From Anaeromyxobacter sp. (GTDB taxonomy: Bacteria > Myxococcota > Myxococcia > Myxococcales > Anaeromyxobacteraceae), in contig JASGJN010000017.1 of the NCBI GenBank assembly GCA_049840735.1, positions 544,001 through 608,000 of the forward strand: a stretch of 64,000 bases of DNA, in the 5' to 3' direction. The position numbers and the translations under genes are program-made. Shown here piece by piece: positions 1-9,713 of this stretch. Below the pieces are notes generated by a model. It was given only the letters and a program-made list of their open reading frames with translations. It did not search any database and was not told where the DNA came from. Within the stretch, counting starts at the first letter, position 1. Every line of letters begins with the position of its first letter.

Positions 1-258
1 GCGCTCGAGCACCGTCCTGACGGGACGGACAGAGCGGCCTGAGGTCGTCCGCGTAGGCTGCCCCGCCGCCCGAGGGCCGCGGAGCCGCCTGGAGCACGCG
101 GCCAGACCGGGAGTGGGAGGCCGCCGCTCGCCGGACCCGCCGGTGGCCCGCGTCCTGATGTCCTTGGGGGCTTCGTTCCGCCCCGCCCCCTCCGGAGCCC
201 CTGTTGCGGGCATCCCCCTTGAACCCAGACGATCCAGGCTGATCGCGAGGGTTGAGCC

Positions 259-684
259 ATGATCAAGCGTATCCTGGTCGCGGTGGACGGCTCGGAGGCG
301 GCGCTGAAGGCGGCGCGGATGGCGGCCGAGCTGGCCGGCAAGCTGGGGGCGAAGCTCACGCTGGTGCACGTGGTCCCGAAGCTGCTCCTGCCGCCGGACG
401 TCTACGGCCTCACCATCGCGGCGGTCGAGAAGGAGCACCGCGCCTACGCCGAGAAGGTGCTGGAGAAGGCCGCCGCCACGATCGAGGCGGAGGGGCTCGA
501 GATCGGCACCACGGTGCTGTTCGGCTCGCCGGCCGAGGCCATCGCCGAGGAGGCGGCCGCGGTGGACGTGGGGCTGCTGGTGGTGGGCAGCCGCGGCCAC
601 GGCGCGGTGGCGCGGGTGTTCCTGGGCAGCGTCTCCGACCGGCTGGTCCACATCAGCTCGAAGCCGGTCCTGGTCGTGCACTAG
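259..684 (+). CDS. Universal stress protein (UspA family)
   Basis: N-terminal KRILVAVDGSE, GSPAEAI, LLVVGSRG..G and C-terminal LGSVS...PVLVV motifs. Confidence 0.93.
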   Translation: MIKRILVAVDGSEAALKAARMAAELAGKLGAKLTLVHVVPKLLLPPDVYGLTIAAVEKEHRAYAEKVLEKAAATIEAEGLEIGTTVLFGSPAEAIAEEAAAVDVGLLVVGSRGHGAVARVFLGSVSDRLVHISSKPVLVVH

Positions 685-725
685 CTGAGCACCGCCGAGT
701 GCCGATCGATGAACGCACGCGAAGA

Positions 726-889
726 TGTACAGGGTGGGGGCCCCTGCGAAGCAGGGGGAGGGGCGTAGCCCCTCGCCGCGGGGCAGCCGCGCGGAGCCGC
801 GAAGCGGTGAGCACGGCCCAGGGCCCCGCGCAGCAGGGGTGGGGCCCCGACGGCTCCGCCGGCGGGGCGGGGGCGCAGCCCCCGTTACA
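726..889. repeat. Multi-hairpin intergenic palindromic element
   Basis: Hairpins CCCCTGCGAAGCAGGGG, GGGGCGTAGCCCC, CCGCGAAGCGG, GGGGGCGCAGCCCCC packed between the usp and CBS genes. Confidence 0.55.
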
Positions 890-900
890 AGGAGGTGCCC

Positions 901-1341
901 ATGATCTCGGTCGGCGACGTCATGACGCGTGACCTGGTCACGGTGCAGGAGACCGACGACGTGGCGCTGGCCGAGTCGCTCCTCAAGATGGGCCGGTTCC
1001 GCCACCTGCCGGTGGTGCGCGACGGGCAGGTGGTGGGGCTGGTCACCGCGCGTGACATCCTGAGGGCCGGGCTGGCCGGCCGGCCCGCCGCGCGCGGCGT
1101 CCACCTGGCGGAGATCATGACCCGCGACCCGGTCACGGTCGCGCCGCGGGCCAGCCTGGTCTCGGCGGCCCGGACCATGCTGGACCAGAAGTACGGGTGC
1201 CTGCCGGTGTGCGAGCCCGGCGGAGACCTGGTGGGGATCCTGACCGAGGCCGACTTCGTCCGCTTCGCGGCCGACGTGGTCCACGATCTCGACCTGGTGT
1301 CCGAGGCGGTGCACGCCACCGCCAGCGGGCCCGCCGCGTAG
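901..1341 (+). CDS. CBS-domain pair protein
   Basis: VGDVMTRD..RHLPVV..VGLVT.RDI and IMTRDPVTV..GCLPV..VGILTE.D; AGGAGG RBS before ATG 901. Confidence 0.9.
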   Translation: MISVGDVMTRDLVTVQETDDVALAESLLKMGRFRHLPVVRDGQVVGLVTARDILRAGLAGRPAARGVHLAEIMTRDPVTVAPRASLVSAARTMLDQKYGCLPVCEPGGDLVGILTEADFVRFAADVVHDLDLVSEAVHATASGPAA

Positions 1342-1449
1342 CGGCTCCGCCACCCGCCAGGTCCCTCGAGGCACGCCCCTCCTGGCGCTGTGGGCCCGGC
1401 CGAGGCCCCGTCCGTTGACCCGCCGGTGCTTCCCCCCTATAGGGAGCGC

Positions 1450-2599
1450 ATGTCCGAGACCGTGTTCGCGGAGCTCAAGCGCTACGTGCTGTTCGAGGCG
1501 GGCGATGAGGCGGCGCTGCGCGCCTTCCACCCGCTGGCCGCCCCGCACTTCCAGCGCATCTCGGAGGTCTTCTACGACCGGATCCTGGGGCACGAGGAGG
1601 CCCGCAAGGCGCTGGTGGGCGGCGAGAGCCAGGTCGGCCACCTGAAGGTCACGCTGGTGGCCTGGATGGACAAGCTGCTGACCGGTCCCTGGGACGAGGC
1701 CTACTGGGACGAGCGCTACAAGATCGGCCGCGTCCACGTCCGCATCGCCCTGCCCCAGCACTACATGTTCGGGGCCATGAACGTGATCCGCGAGCAGCTC
1801 CTCCAGCTCGCCTGGCAGCACTTCCAGGCCGATCCGGAGGCGCTGCGGACGGCGCGCGAGGCGCTCAGCAAGAATCCTCGACCTGGAGCTGGCCATCATG
1901 CTCCACACCTACCGCGACGACCTGCTGGCCCAGCAGGCGCGGGTGGAGCGGCTCTCCACCTTCGGCCAGCTGGTGGGCTCGATCGGCCACGACCTGCGCA
2001 ACCCGCTGGGCGTGATCGAGACCTCGCTCTACATCCTGCGCGGCCGCGTGGGCGAGGACGAGCGGGCGCGCAAGCACGTGGACCGGATCGGCGAGCAGCT
2101 GGGCATCGCGAACGGGATCATCACCAACCTGCTCGACATGATCCGCAACCGGCCGCTGGTGAAGGAGCCGGTGGTCCTGGCCGAGGTGCTCGGCGGCGTG
2201 GCCGAGGTGGTGAAGCACCCGCCCGGCGTGGCCATCCGGCTGGAGGAGCTGGCGGCGCTGCCGGGCGTGGAGGGCGATCCGGTCCAGCTCCGCCAGGTCT
2301 TCGCCAACCTGATCGAGAACGCGGTCTTCGCCGCCTCGCCGGAGGGGACGGTCACCATCCGCGGCCTGCAGGCGGACGGCGCGGTGGCCGTGGCGGTGGA
2401 GGACACCGGTCCGGGGGTCGATCCGGCCACCCGGCGCCGCCTCTTCGAGCCGCTCATCACCACCAAGGACCGGGGAATCGGCCTGGGGCTGGCGCTGGTG
2501 AAGCGGATCGCCGAGCGCCACGGGGGTGGGGTCGATTATTCCGACAGGCCCGGCGGCGGCGCCTGCTTCACGGTCCGGCTGCCCGCGAAGGTGGAGTGA
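1450..2599 (+). CDS. Globin-coupled histidine kinase (AfGcHK-like); frameshift near 1873
   Basis: Protoglobin-type N-terminus ([37 protein letters not shown]) joins in another frame to [20 protein letters not shown]-box, EDTGPG and GIGLGL; one extra A in AAGAATC. Confidence 0.88.
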
Positions 2600-2604
2600 T
2601 CCGC

Positions 2605-3311
2605 ATGCGCCAGTACCTCATCGTGGACGACAACCTGGACTTCGCCGAGAACCTGGCCGAGATCCTGCGGGACGAGGGGGACGAGGTCACCATCGCCGGG
2701 GACGGCAAGGCGGCGCTGGAGCTGGTCCGCGGCCGCCGCTTCGACGCCATCCTCACCGACATGCGGATGCCGCTCATGGGCGGCGCCGAGCTGGTCCACG
2801 AGCTGCGCCGCGTGGACCCAGGCGCCGCGGCCATGGTCATCACCGCCCACGCCGGCGACCACGACCTGGAGTCGGCCCGCCGCGAGGGGCTGCTGGCCGT
2901 GCTGCAGAAGCCGGTCCCCCCGGTGCGCGTCCTGGAGCTCCTGGCCTCGGCCCGCCGCGACGGCCTGGTGGTGGTGATCGAGGACGACGACCGGATGAGC
3001 GACAACCTCTGCGAGGCGCTGCGCTCGCGCGGGTTCGCGGCCGTCACCGCCGCCTCGGTGCTGGAGACCGAGCGGCTCGGCCCGGTCCAGCCCTTCTGCG
3101 CGCTGGTGGACCTGCGCGTGCCCGGCGGCCCGGACGGCGAGGCCATGCGCCAGGTGGCGGCCAAGTACCCCGGCCTGCCCATGATCGTGGTGACGGCGCA
3201 CGACACCTCGCATCCGCCGCTGCCGCACCAGGGCTACTTCCGGAAGCCCTTCGACACCCCCGCCCTGCTCTCCGCGGTGGAGCGGCTCCACCAGTCGCGG
3301 GCCCCGGCGCG

Positions 3312-3315
<4 letters not shown>
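2605..3315 (+). CDS. Response regulator with two receiver domains
   Basis: [17 protein letters not shown] followed by [21 protein letters not shown]. Confidence 0.88.
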
Positions 3316-4434
<1,119 letters not shown>

Positions 4435-4500
4435 CCGCGCCGGCAACCACCTGTTCCCGGGGGCCTTTCCCGGACACTGCTGATTTCCCGAGGCCGCGCA

Positions 4501-4528
4501 GTCACAACCCCTCGCGAGGGGGGTTCAA
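4501..4528 (+). promoter_or_regulatory. Putative ECF-type promoter GTCACAACC-N13-GTTCAA (copy 1)
   Basis: Same bipartite motif and spacing as 6673-6700 on the minus strand; function inferred. Confidence 0.55.
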
Positions 4529-4532
4529 AGAA

Positions 4533-4630
4533 TCAGACGGGCTGCACAGGCGACGCGGCCGTCCAATCATCCCGCGGGGGGGATGTCCCGGGGGCCCTGC
4601 CTGCTAGCGCGGGCAGGGCCTTCGTTTCTT
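4533..4630 (+). ncRNA. Candidate ~95-nt three-hairpin small RNA
   Basis: Follows the motif; stems GACGG/CCGTC (4536-4563), CATCCC/GGGATG (4568-4585), then a terminator hairpin and T-rich tail. Confidence 0.4.
4593..4630 (+). terminator. Intrinsic terminator
   Basis: GGCCCTGCCTGC-TAGC-GCGGGCAGGGCC followed by TTCGTTTCTT. Confidence 0.7.
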
Positions 4631-5199
4631 CAGCCGTCGCCGTGCCGCTCCTTCACCAGCGCCGCCAGCCGCGCCTTGATCCGCTCGTAGCGCTTGCGCA
4701 GCGTGGCCGGGTCGACCGGGGCGGTGTCGGTGGAGAGCACCTCGGCCACGTCCTCCCAGGCCAGCTGCTGGTCCAGCCGGAGCACCAGCAGCGTCTGGTC
4801 CTCGTCGGACAGCTCGGCCCGCAGCTCCTCCAGCTCGCGCCGCTGCCGCTCCACGCGCAGGCCGGTGCGGGTCCGCACCTCGTCGGCCAGCCGCGAGGCC
4901 TCGCTCGACTCCAGCCGCTGGTGCAGCCGCCGCCAGCCGTCGTCGCGCACCTTCATGGCCGCGCTCCAGGCCGCCTTGAAGGCCCAGGTGCGCGAGGTGG
5001 AGCGCCCCTCGAAGCGAGGGACGCCGCGCCAGACCTGCTCGGCGAAGAGCGAGAACGCGTCGGACGCGTCGGCGTCGTTGCCCAGCAGCTTGTGCAGGTA
5101 GCCCAGGATGCGGGGTCCGTGGCCACGGATAATCTCGGTGGCGGCCTCGCGATGCTGGCCCGCCGCCATCAGCTCCGTGACCCGCGCCTCGACGTCCAT
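4630..5199 (-). CDS. ECF-family RNA polymerase sigma factor
   Basis: Region 2 (DADASDAF..W.G..RFEGRSTSRTW) and region 4 (LSDEDQTLLVLR..LAWEDVAEVL..TLRKRYERIK). Confidence 0.85.
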   Translation of the reverse strand: MDVEARVTELMAAGQHREAATEIIRGHGPRILGYLHKLLGNDADASDAFSLFAEQVWRGVPRFEGRSTSRTWAFKAAWSAAMKVRDDGWRRLHQRLESSEASRLADEVRTRTGLRVERQRRELEELRAELSDEDQTLLVLRLDQQLAWEDVAEVLSTDTAPVDPATLRKRYERIKARLAALVKERHGDG

Positions 5200-5365
5200 C
5201 CCCGCAACCTACGACGGCCCCCACCCCGCGGTCGAGCGGGCGCGGGTGCGCGGGCACTTGCCCAGGTCTCGGGCAGGGTGTCGCCCGCTCCCGGGCAGTC
5301 GCGCGGCCGGGGTCGCCTGGATCCTCGACCAACCGGGAAAGACCCGGAGTTACCGCGGCTTGCGT

Positions 5366-6313
5366 TCAGCCTGGCGCCGTCGCCAGCAGCCCGGCCAGGG
5401 TGTCGGTGATGGGCAGGCCGGTCCGCTCCTCGACGAAGAGCCACTGACCGGATGGGTTCACTTCCAGGAAGAACCAGGCCCCGTCGTCGCGCCGGCGCAG
5501 GTCGACCGCCGCGTAGAGCAGCCCCAGCTCGCGGAGCAGCCCCCGCAGGCCTGCCGCCACCGCGGGGGGCAGCGTACAGGGGGCGACCTTGCAGTCGTCG
5601 TAGACCTCGCGGAAGTCGTGCGGGGACCGGGTGCTGCGCGGGTCGATCTCGGCGGCAAAGAGCGCCTCCCCGACGGCGGTCACCCGCACGTCCACGCCCG
5701 GCACCCACTCCTGGAAGATCACCGGCGCGAGCCGCAGGTCGTCCAGCCGGGCCAGGTCCTGGAGCCCCACGCGGCGGGTGGTCCAGTGGGTCTGGTTGGG
5801 GCGCAAGAGCTTCGCCACCGCCCTGCCCTCGCCCTGCTCGGCCAGGAACGCGCTGGCCGCCGCCGGGTCGCTGGTGATGAGCGTGGCGGGCACGCGCAGC
5901 CCGTGCCGCCCGGCGCGGGCCAGCTGGTTGGGCTTGTGGCCGGCGGCCTCGTCTCGCCAGGGCTGGTTCACGAGCAGCGCCCCGGGCTCGAGGGAAGCCA
6001 GGAGGCCCATCACCGCCTCGCCGGTCTGCGCGACGGCGTGCGCGGCGTCGGCGCTGGACAGCCCGGTCGCGGCCCGCAGCGGGAGCGGCCGGCGCCACCA
6101 GAGCGCGGTGACCTGGCGGGCGTCGAGCGCCTCCTGGCCGTCGACGCGCAGGGTGCGGGCCTCGCTCCCGCCACCGCCGTAGGAGAGGGCCAGCTGGCCG
6201 CGGCGAGGCAGGTCGGCCAGGTCGATCACCGCCGCCCGCGCCCCCCGGTGGCGCAGCGCAGCCAGCAGCGGCGCAGCGTGGCCGTCGCCCGCGTGGGTGA
6301 CGGCCAGGATCAC
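5366..6313 (-). CDS. ATP-grasp ligase, MvdC/MvdD (graspetide synthetase)/RimK-like
   Basis: WWRRP, HKPNQL..A...GLRVPATLITSDP, PVIFQEWV, DVRVTAVG, FLEVNPSGQWLFVE; GTG start overlaps upstream TGA. Confidence 0.85.
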   Translation of the reverse strand: MILAVTHAGDGHAAPLLAALRHRGARAAVIDLADLPRRGQLALSYGGGGSEARTLRVDGQEALDARQVTALWWRRPLPLRAATGLSSADAAHAVAQTGEAVMGLLASLEPGALLVNQPWRDEAAGHKPNQLARAGRHGLRVPATLITSDPAAASAFLAEQGEGRAVAKLLRPNQTHWTTRRVGLQDLARLDDLRLAPVIFQEWVPGVDVRVTAVGEALFAAEIDPRSTRSPHDFREVYDDCKVAPCTLPPAVAAGLRGLLRELGLLYAAVDLRRRDDGAWFFLEVNPSGQWLFVEERTGLPITDTLAGLLATAPG

Positions 6314-6648
6314 GTCGTGATGGTGCCGGGCGTGCCGCCGTCGGGCGGCAGGTGGGCGTGCTCCACCTCGGCGTGGAGCTTGGAGTACCAGTGCTGGAGC
6401 TCGTTCAGCGTCTCGATGTCGTCGGGGTCCAGGTGCCCGTCGCGGTGCTCGCTCTGGAGCAGGTCCAGCACCGGGGTGATCAGCTTGAGCAGCTGCCCCA
6501 CCAGCTGGGCGCGGTGCGCTGCGCCGGAGCCCGTGATCCCCTCCGGCGCACCCCAGGGACGCGAGACCCCCGTGGCCGAGACGCGCTGATAGAGCGCGCC
6601 GAAGGAGGTGACGTCCGTTCCCGTTTCCGTGTTGTTGTTCCTCGCCAT
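6310..6648 (-). CDS. 112-aa hypothetical protein, possible ATP-grasp substrate or precursor
   Basis: ATG 6648 with GGAGG RBS; GTGA overlap with the ATP-grasp gene. Confidence 0.6.
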   Translation of the reverse strand: MARNNNTETGTDVTSFGALYQRVSATGVSRPWGAPEGITGSGAAHRAQLVGQLLKLITPVLDLLQSEHRDGHLDPDDIETLNELQHWYSKLHAEVEHAHLPPDGGTPGTITT

Positions 6649-6672
6649 GACCTGGACCCTCCCGGTGCAACG

Positions 6673-6700
6673 TTGAACTCCGCTCGCCGCAGGTTGTGAC
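6673..6700 (-). promoter_or_regulatory. Putative ECF-type promoter GTCACAACC-N13-GTTCAA (copy 2)
   Basis: Ends about 25 bp upstream of ATG 6648; matches 4501-4528. Confidence 0.55.
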
Positions 6701-6730
6701 GGTCCCCTGATCGCAGGACGCGCAGCCCGG

Positions 6731-9628
6731 CTAGAGCCGGCGCTCGAGAGCCCGGGCCGCCTTGAGCAAGGGGAGGTCCTGGTCTGCCCCGGAGAAGAGC
6801 GCCAGGAGCCGATCCAGCTCGGCCCTCGCCTGCGCGCGCTCGCCGAGCCGCTGGTGGGCCTGGGCGGCGAGGAGGATGCTGCGCGGGTAGGCCCATGACC
6901 GCCAGAAGCCTCGGGGCGGCAGCCGCCGGAACCGGGCGATGGCCGCGAGCGTGGCCCCATCGTCCCCGGCCGCGGCGCTCACCTCGGCGGTGAGGTAGGC
7001 CGGCGAGAGGCCGCGGACGGGGAACGGGTCCTGTGCCTCGGCCTGGGCCAGCTTGGCCAGGGCCACCTGCAGGTCCCCGGCGCGCCAGGCCCGGAGCGCC
7101 TGGAACTGCAGGGCCTGGTTGGTGCCGGGCGGGATGGCCTTTCCCACCTCGGCGGCGGTCTTCTCGTCGCCCAGGAGCAGGAGCACGATGGCCAGGTCAG
7201 CGGCGTAGGCCGGATTGGAGCCGGCCAGGGTCACGGCGCTGCGAGCCACCCGCGTCGGATTCCCCGAGCCAGCGGCCAGCATGGCATCGCGGTAGAGCCC
7301 CCGCGAGGTGTCGCCGCGGGGCGCCTCGGCGCGGATGGCGTCGCCCAGCCGGAGGGCCTGCGCCAGCCGGCCCTGGCCAGCCAGCCCGGAGGCCACGTAG
7401 GACCGCCGCCAGGAGTTGTCCGGCGACAGCGCGATCTGCCGACGCGCCACGGCCTCGACCTCCCGGAAGTCACCGGCGAAGCTGGCCGCGTCCCGGAGCG
7501 CGTCGAGCGCGGCGTCCCCGCGGCGCTCATGCGCCCGGCGCGCGGCCTCCTGCGCCCCGGCCGCGTCACCCAGCCAGCAGTACGCAGACACCATCGCGCT
7601 GTCCAGCGGCGATCCAGCCTCGTCCATGCGCTGGACCAGGGCCCGCAGCGCCTGGCGCCGGTCGCTCCTGCCCAGCGCCTCCACCAGGATCAGGTAGTGC
7701 TCCTCCGTCGCCGGGAAGAGCCGGGTCAGCTTCTCCGCGAAGGGCTCCACCCCGGCCCAGTCCTGCTGATCGATGTGCACGGACACGAGCCCGGACAGCG
7801 CCTCCGCGTCGTCGGGATCGCGGGACAGCATCTCCTCGTAGAGGCGGCTGGCCTCGGCGGTCTTCCCCTCCAGCCGCGCCGCGAGGGCGCGCACCGCGAG
7901 GGCCTGCTGCACCGGGAGTCGCTCCGCGGCCCCCAGGGCGGCACGCAGGTGCGCCTGGTACATGTCGGGGGTGGCGCCCCGCGGGGAGCGGATGGCGGCC
8001 AGCTGGTAGTGGGCCAGGGCGAACCCCGGATCCTCGGCCAGCGCCCGCTCGAACGACGGGACGCACCGGTCGGCCGCCCCAGGCTGCGCCTGGACGCGCG
8101 CGATGCAGTCCACGCCCTCGTAGTAGAGCCGCGCCGCGTCCGGGCTGCGGGTGACGGCCTGCGCGACCGGGGTCCGGAGCCGGCGGTCGGCGCTGCGCTC
8201 CCGCAGCTCCTCGCGGATCCGATCGGAGAGCCAATCCACGGTCAGCGTCAGCTCCTTCATGTCCCCCAGGCGCTCGCGGGCCGTGAACAGGACCTTGCCG
8301 CTCTCCGCCTCGATGGCGCGAACCGCCAGCGTGGTGGCGCCATCCTCCTGCCAGGAGGACGGCACCAGCAGCACCGCCGCGCCGGCCAGCCGGGCCAGGT
8401 CGCGGCCGCGCCGCGCGTCCACGCCCGCCAGCTCGGCGAGGCCGGCCTCGCGCGCCACCACCGCCAGCCGGGTCTTCGGCACCACCCGCACGCGCGCCGA
8501 GGGCGAGAGCGCGACGTCCAGTAATCCCGGCACGGCCTGCAGCGCCGGGTCGGCGGCCCCGTTCTCGATCCCGGCCAGCACTACCTTCACCTGCTCGCCC
8601 GCGGGCGGCTCCCGGGTGACCGACAGCCACGCGGCCGTCCCCACCGCCCCCACGGCCACGGCCGTGAGCGCCGCCACCGACCAGCGACGCGCCCGCCCCT
8701 TTCGTGCGTTGCGCACCGCCAGCAGCGCGTCCCGCACCTCCCGCGCCGACGCTGGGCGCCTGGCCGGATCGCGCTCCAGGCAGCGCCGGACGAGCCGGCG
8801 GAAGGCAGCCGGGGCCAGCTTGCGGGCCAGCGCCGGCGTCTCCCCCGGCTCCAGCGCCTCGCTCCAGCCCTTCTCCACCAGGTACGGGATCTTCCCGGCC
8901 AGCGCCTGGTGCAGGATCACGCCGAAGGCGAACAGGTCGGTGCGCGCGTCGCTCCTGTCCCCCTCCCACTGCTCCGGCGCCATGTAGGCGGGGGTGCCGC
9001 CGTCGCTGGCGCCGTCGCGCCCGAACAGGTGGGCCAGGCCGAAGTCGAGCACCTTGACCGAGGCGTCCTCGCCCAGGTGCACGTTGCCCGGCGTGAGGTC
9101 GCGGTGGATCACGCCGGCGTCGTGCGCGTGGACCAGCGCGCGGGCCACCGCGATGGCCACCTCCAGCAGGTCGTCGAAGGGCAGCGGACCGTGGCGGAGC
9201 CGCTCGCCCAGCGACCGGCCGCGGAGCAGCTCGAACACGAGGTACGGGCCGGACGGGCCCTGACCGAAGTCGTGCAGGGTGACGATGTTGGGGTGGTTGA
9301 GGCGGGCCACCGCCTCGGCCTCGCGCTGCAGCCACTCGTGGCCGCGCGAGGCGATGCGGGTGCCCGGCTTGATGACCTTGAGGGCCACGGTGCGCCCCAG
9401 GTCGCGGTCCTCGGCCTCGTAGACCAGGCCGAAGCCGCCCCGGCCCAGCTCGCGCACCAGCTCGAAGCGGCCGATGTGGCCGCCGGGCCGGACCTCCGGC
9501 GACCACTCCTTGGCCGACGGCGCCTCCTGGGTCTTGACCAGCTCGAGCAGCAGCGCCGACAGCTGGGTCGAGAGGTGCTCGAACTCCGGCGGCTCGACCG
9601 GCGCGTCGCCGCTCTCTCCCTTGCGCAC
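6731..9628 (-). CDS. Membrane Ser/Thr protein kinase with TolB-N-like and TPR-like C-terminal region (paralog 3)
   Basis: LGRGGFG, VALK, HRDLTPGN, DFG, YMAPEQW, TM helix, helical repeats; start GTG inferred from RBS. Confidence 0.9.
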   Translation of the reverse strand: MRKGESGDAPVEPPEFEHLSTQLSALLLELVKTQEAPSAKEWSPEVRPGGHIGRFELVRELGRGGFGLVYEAEDRDLGRTVALKVIKPGTRIASRGHEWLQREAEAVARLNHPNIVTLHDFGQGPSGPYLVFELLRGRSLGERLRHGPLPFDDLLEVAIAVARALVHAHDAGVIHRDLTPGNVHLGEDASVKVLDFGLAHLFGRDGASDGGTPAYMAPEQWEGDRSDARTDLFAFGVILHQALAGKIPYLVEKGWSEALEPGETPALARKLAPAAFRRLVRRCLERDPARRPASAREVRDALLAVRNARKGRARRWSVAALTAVAVGAVGTAAWLSVTREPPAGEQVKVVLAGIENGAADPALQAVPGLLDVALSPSARVRVVPKTRLAVVAREAGLAELAGVDARRGRDLARLAGAAVLLVPSSWQEDGATTLAVRAIEAESGKVLFTARERLGDMKELTLTVDWLSDRIREELRERSADRRLRTPVAQAVTRSPDAARLYYEGVDCIARVQAQPGAADRCVPSFERALAEDPGFALAHYQLAAIRSPRGATPDMYQAHLRAALGAAERLPVQQALAVRALAARLEGKTAEASRLYEEMLSRDPDDAEALSGLVSVHIDQQDWAGVEPFAEKLTRLFPATEEHYLILVEALGRSDRRQALRALVQRMDEAGSPLDSAMVSAYCWLGDAAGAQEAARRAHERRGDAALDALRDAASFAGDFREVEAVARRQIALSPDNSWRRSYVASGLAGQGRLAQALRLGDAIRAEAPRGDTSRGLYRDAMLAAGSGNPTRVARSAVTLAGSNPAYAADLAIVLLLLGDEKTAAEVGKAIPPGTNQALQFQALRAWRAGDLQVALAKLAQAEAQDPFPVRGLSPAYLTAEVSAAAGDDGATLAAIARFRRLPPRGFWRSWAYPRSILLAAQAHQRLGERAQARAELDRLLALFSGADQDLPLLKAARALERRL

Positions 9629-9713
9629 CGGCTCCAACCTCGCCTCCGTGGATGTGCCGGTTCTACCAGAACCCGAGGCTCCGGTGCAGGGGATAACCCT
9701 GCCATGTGGTGGG

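Noticed and set aside
4533..4630. Identification of the candidate sRNA as Pxr
   Set aside because: Three stems are similar in outline, but I see no sequence match or sigma-54 promoter
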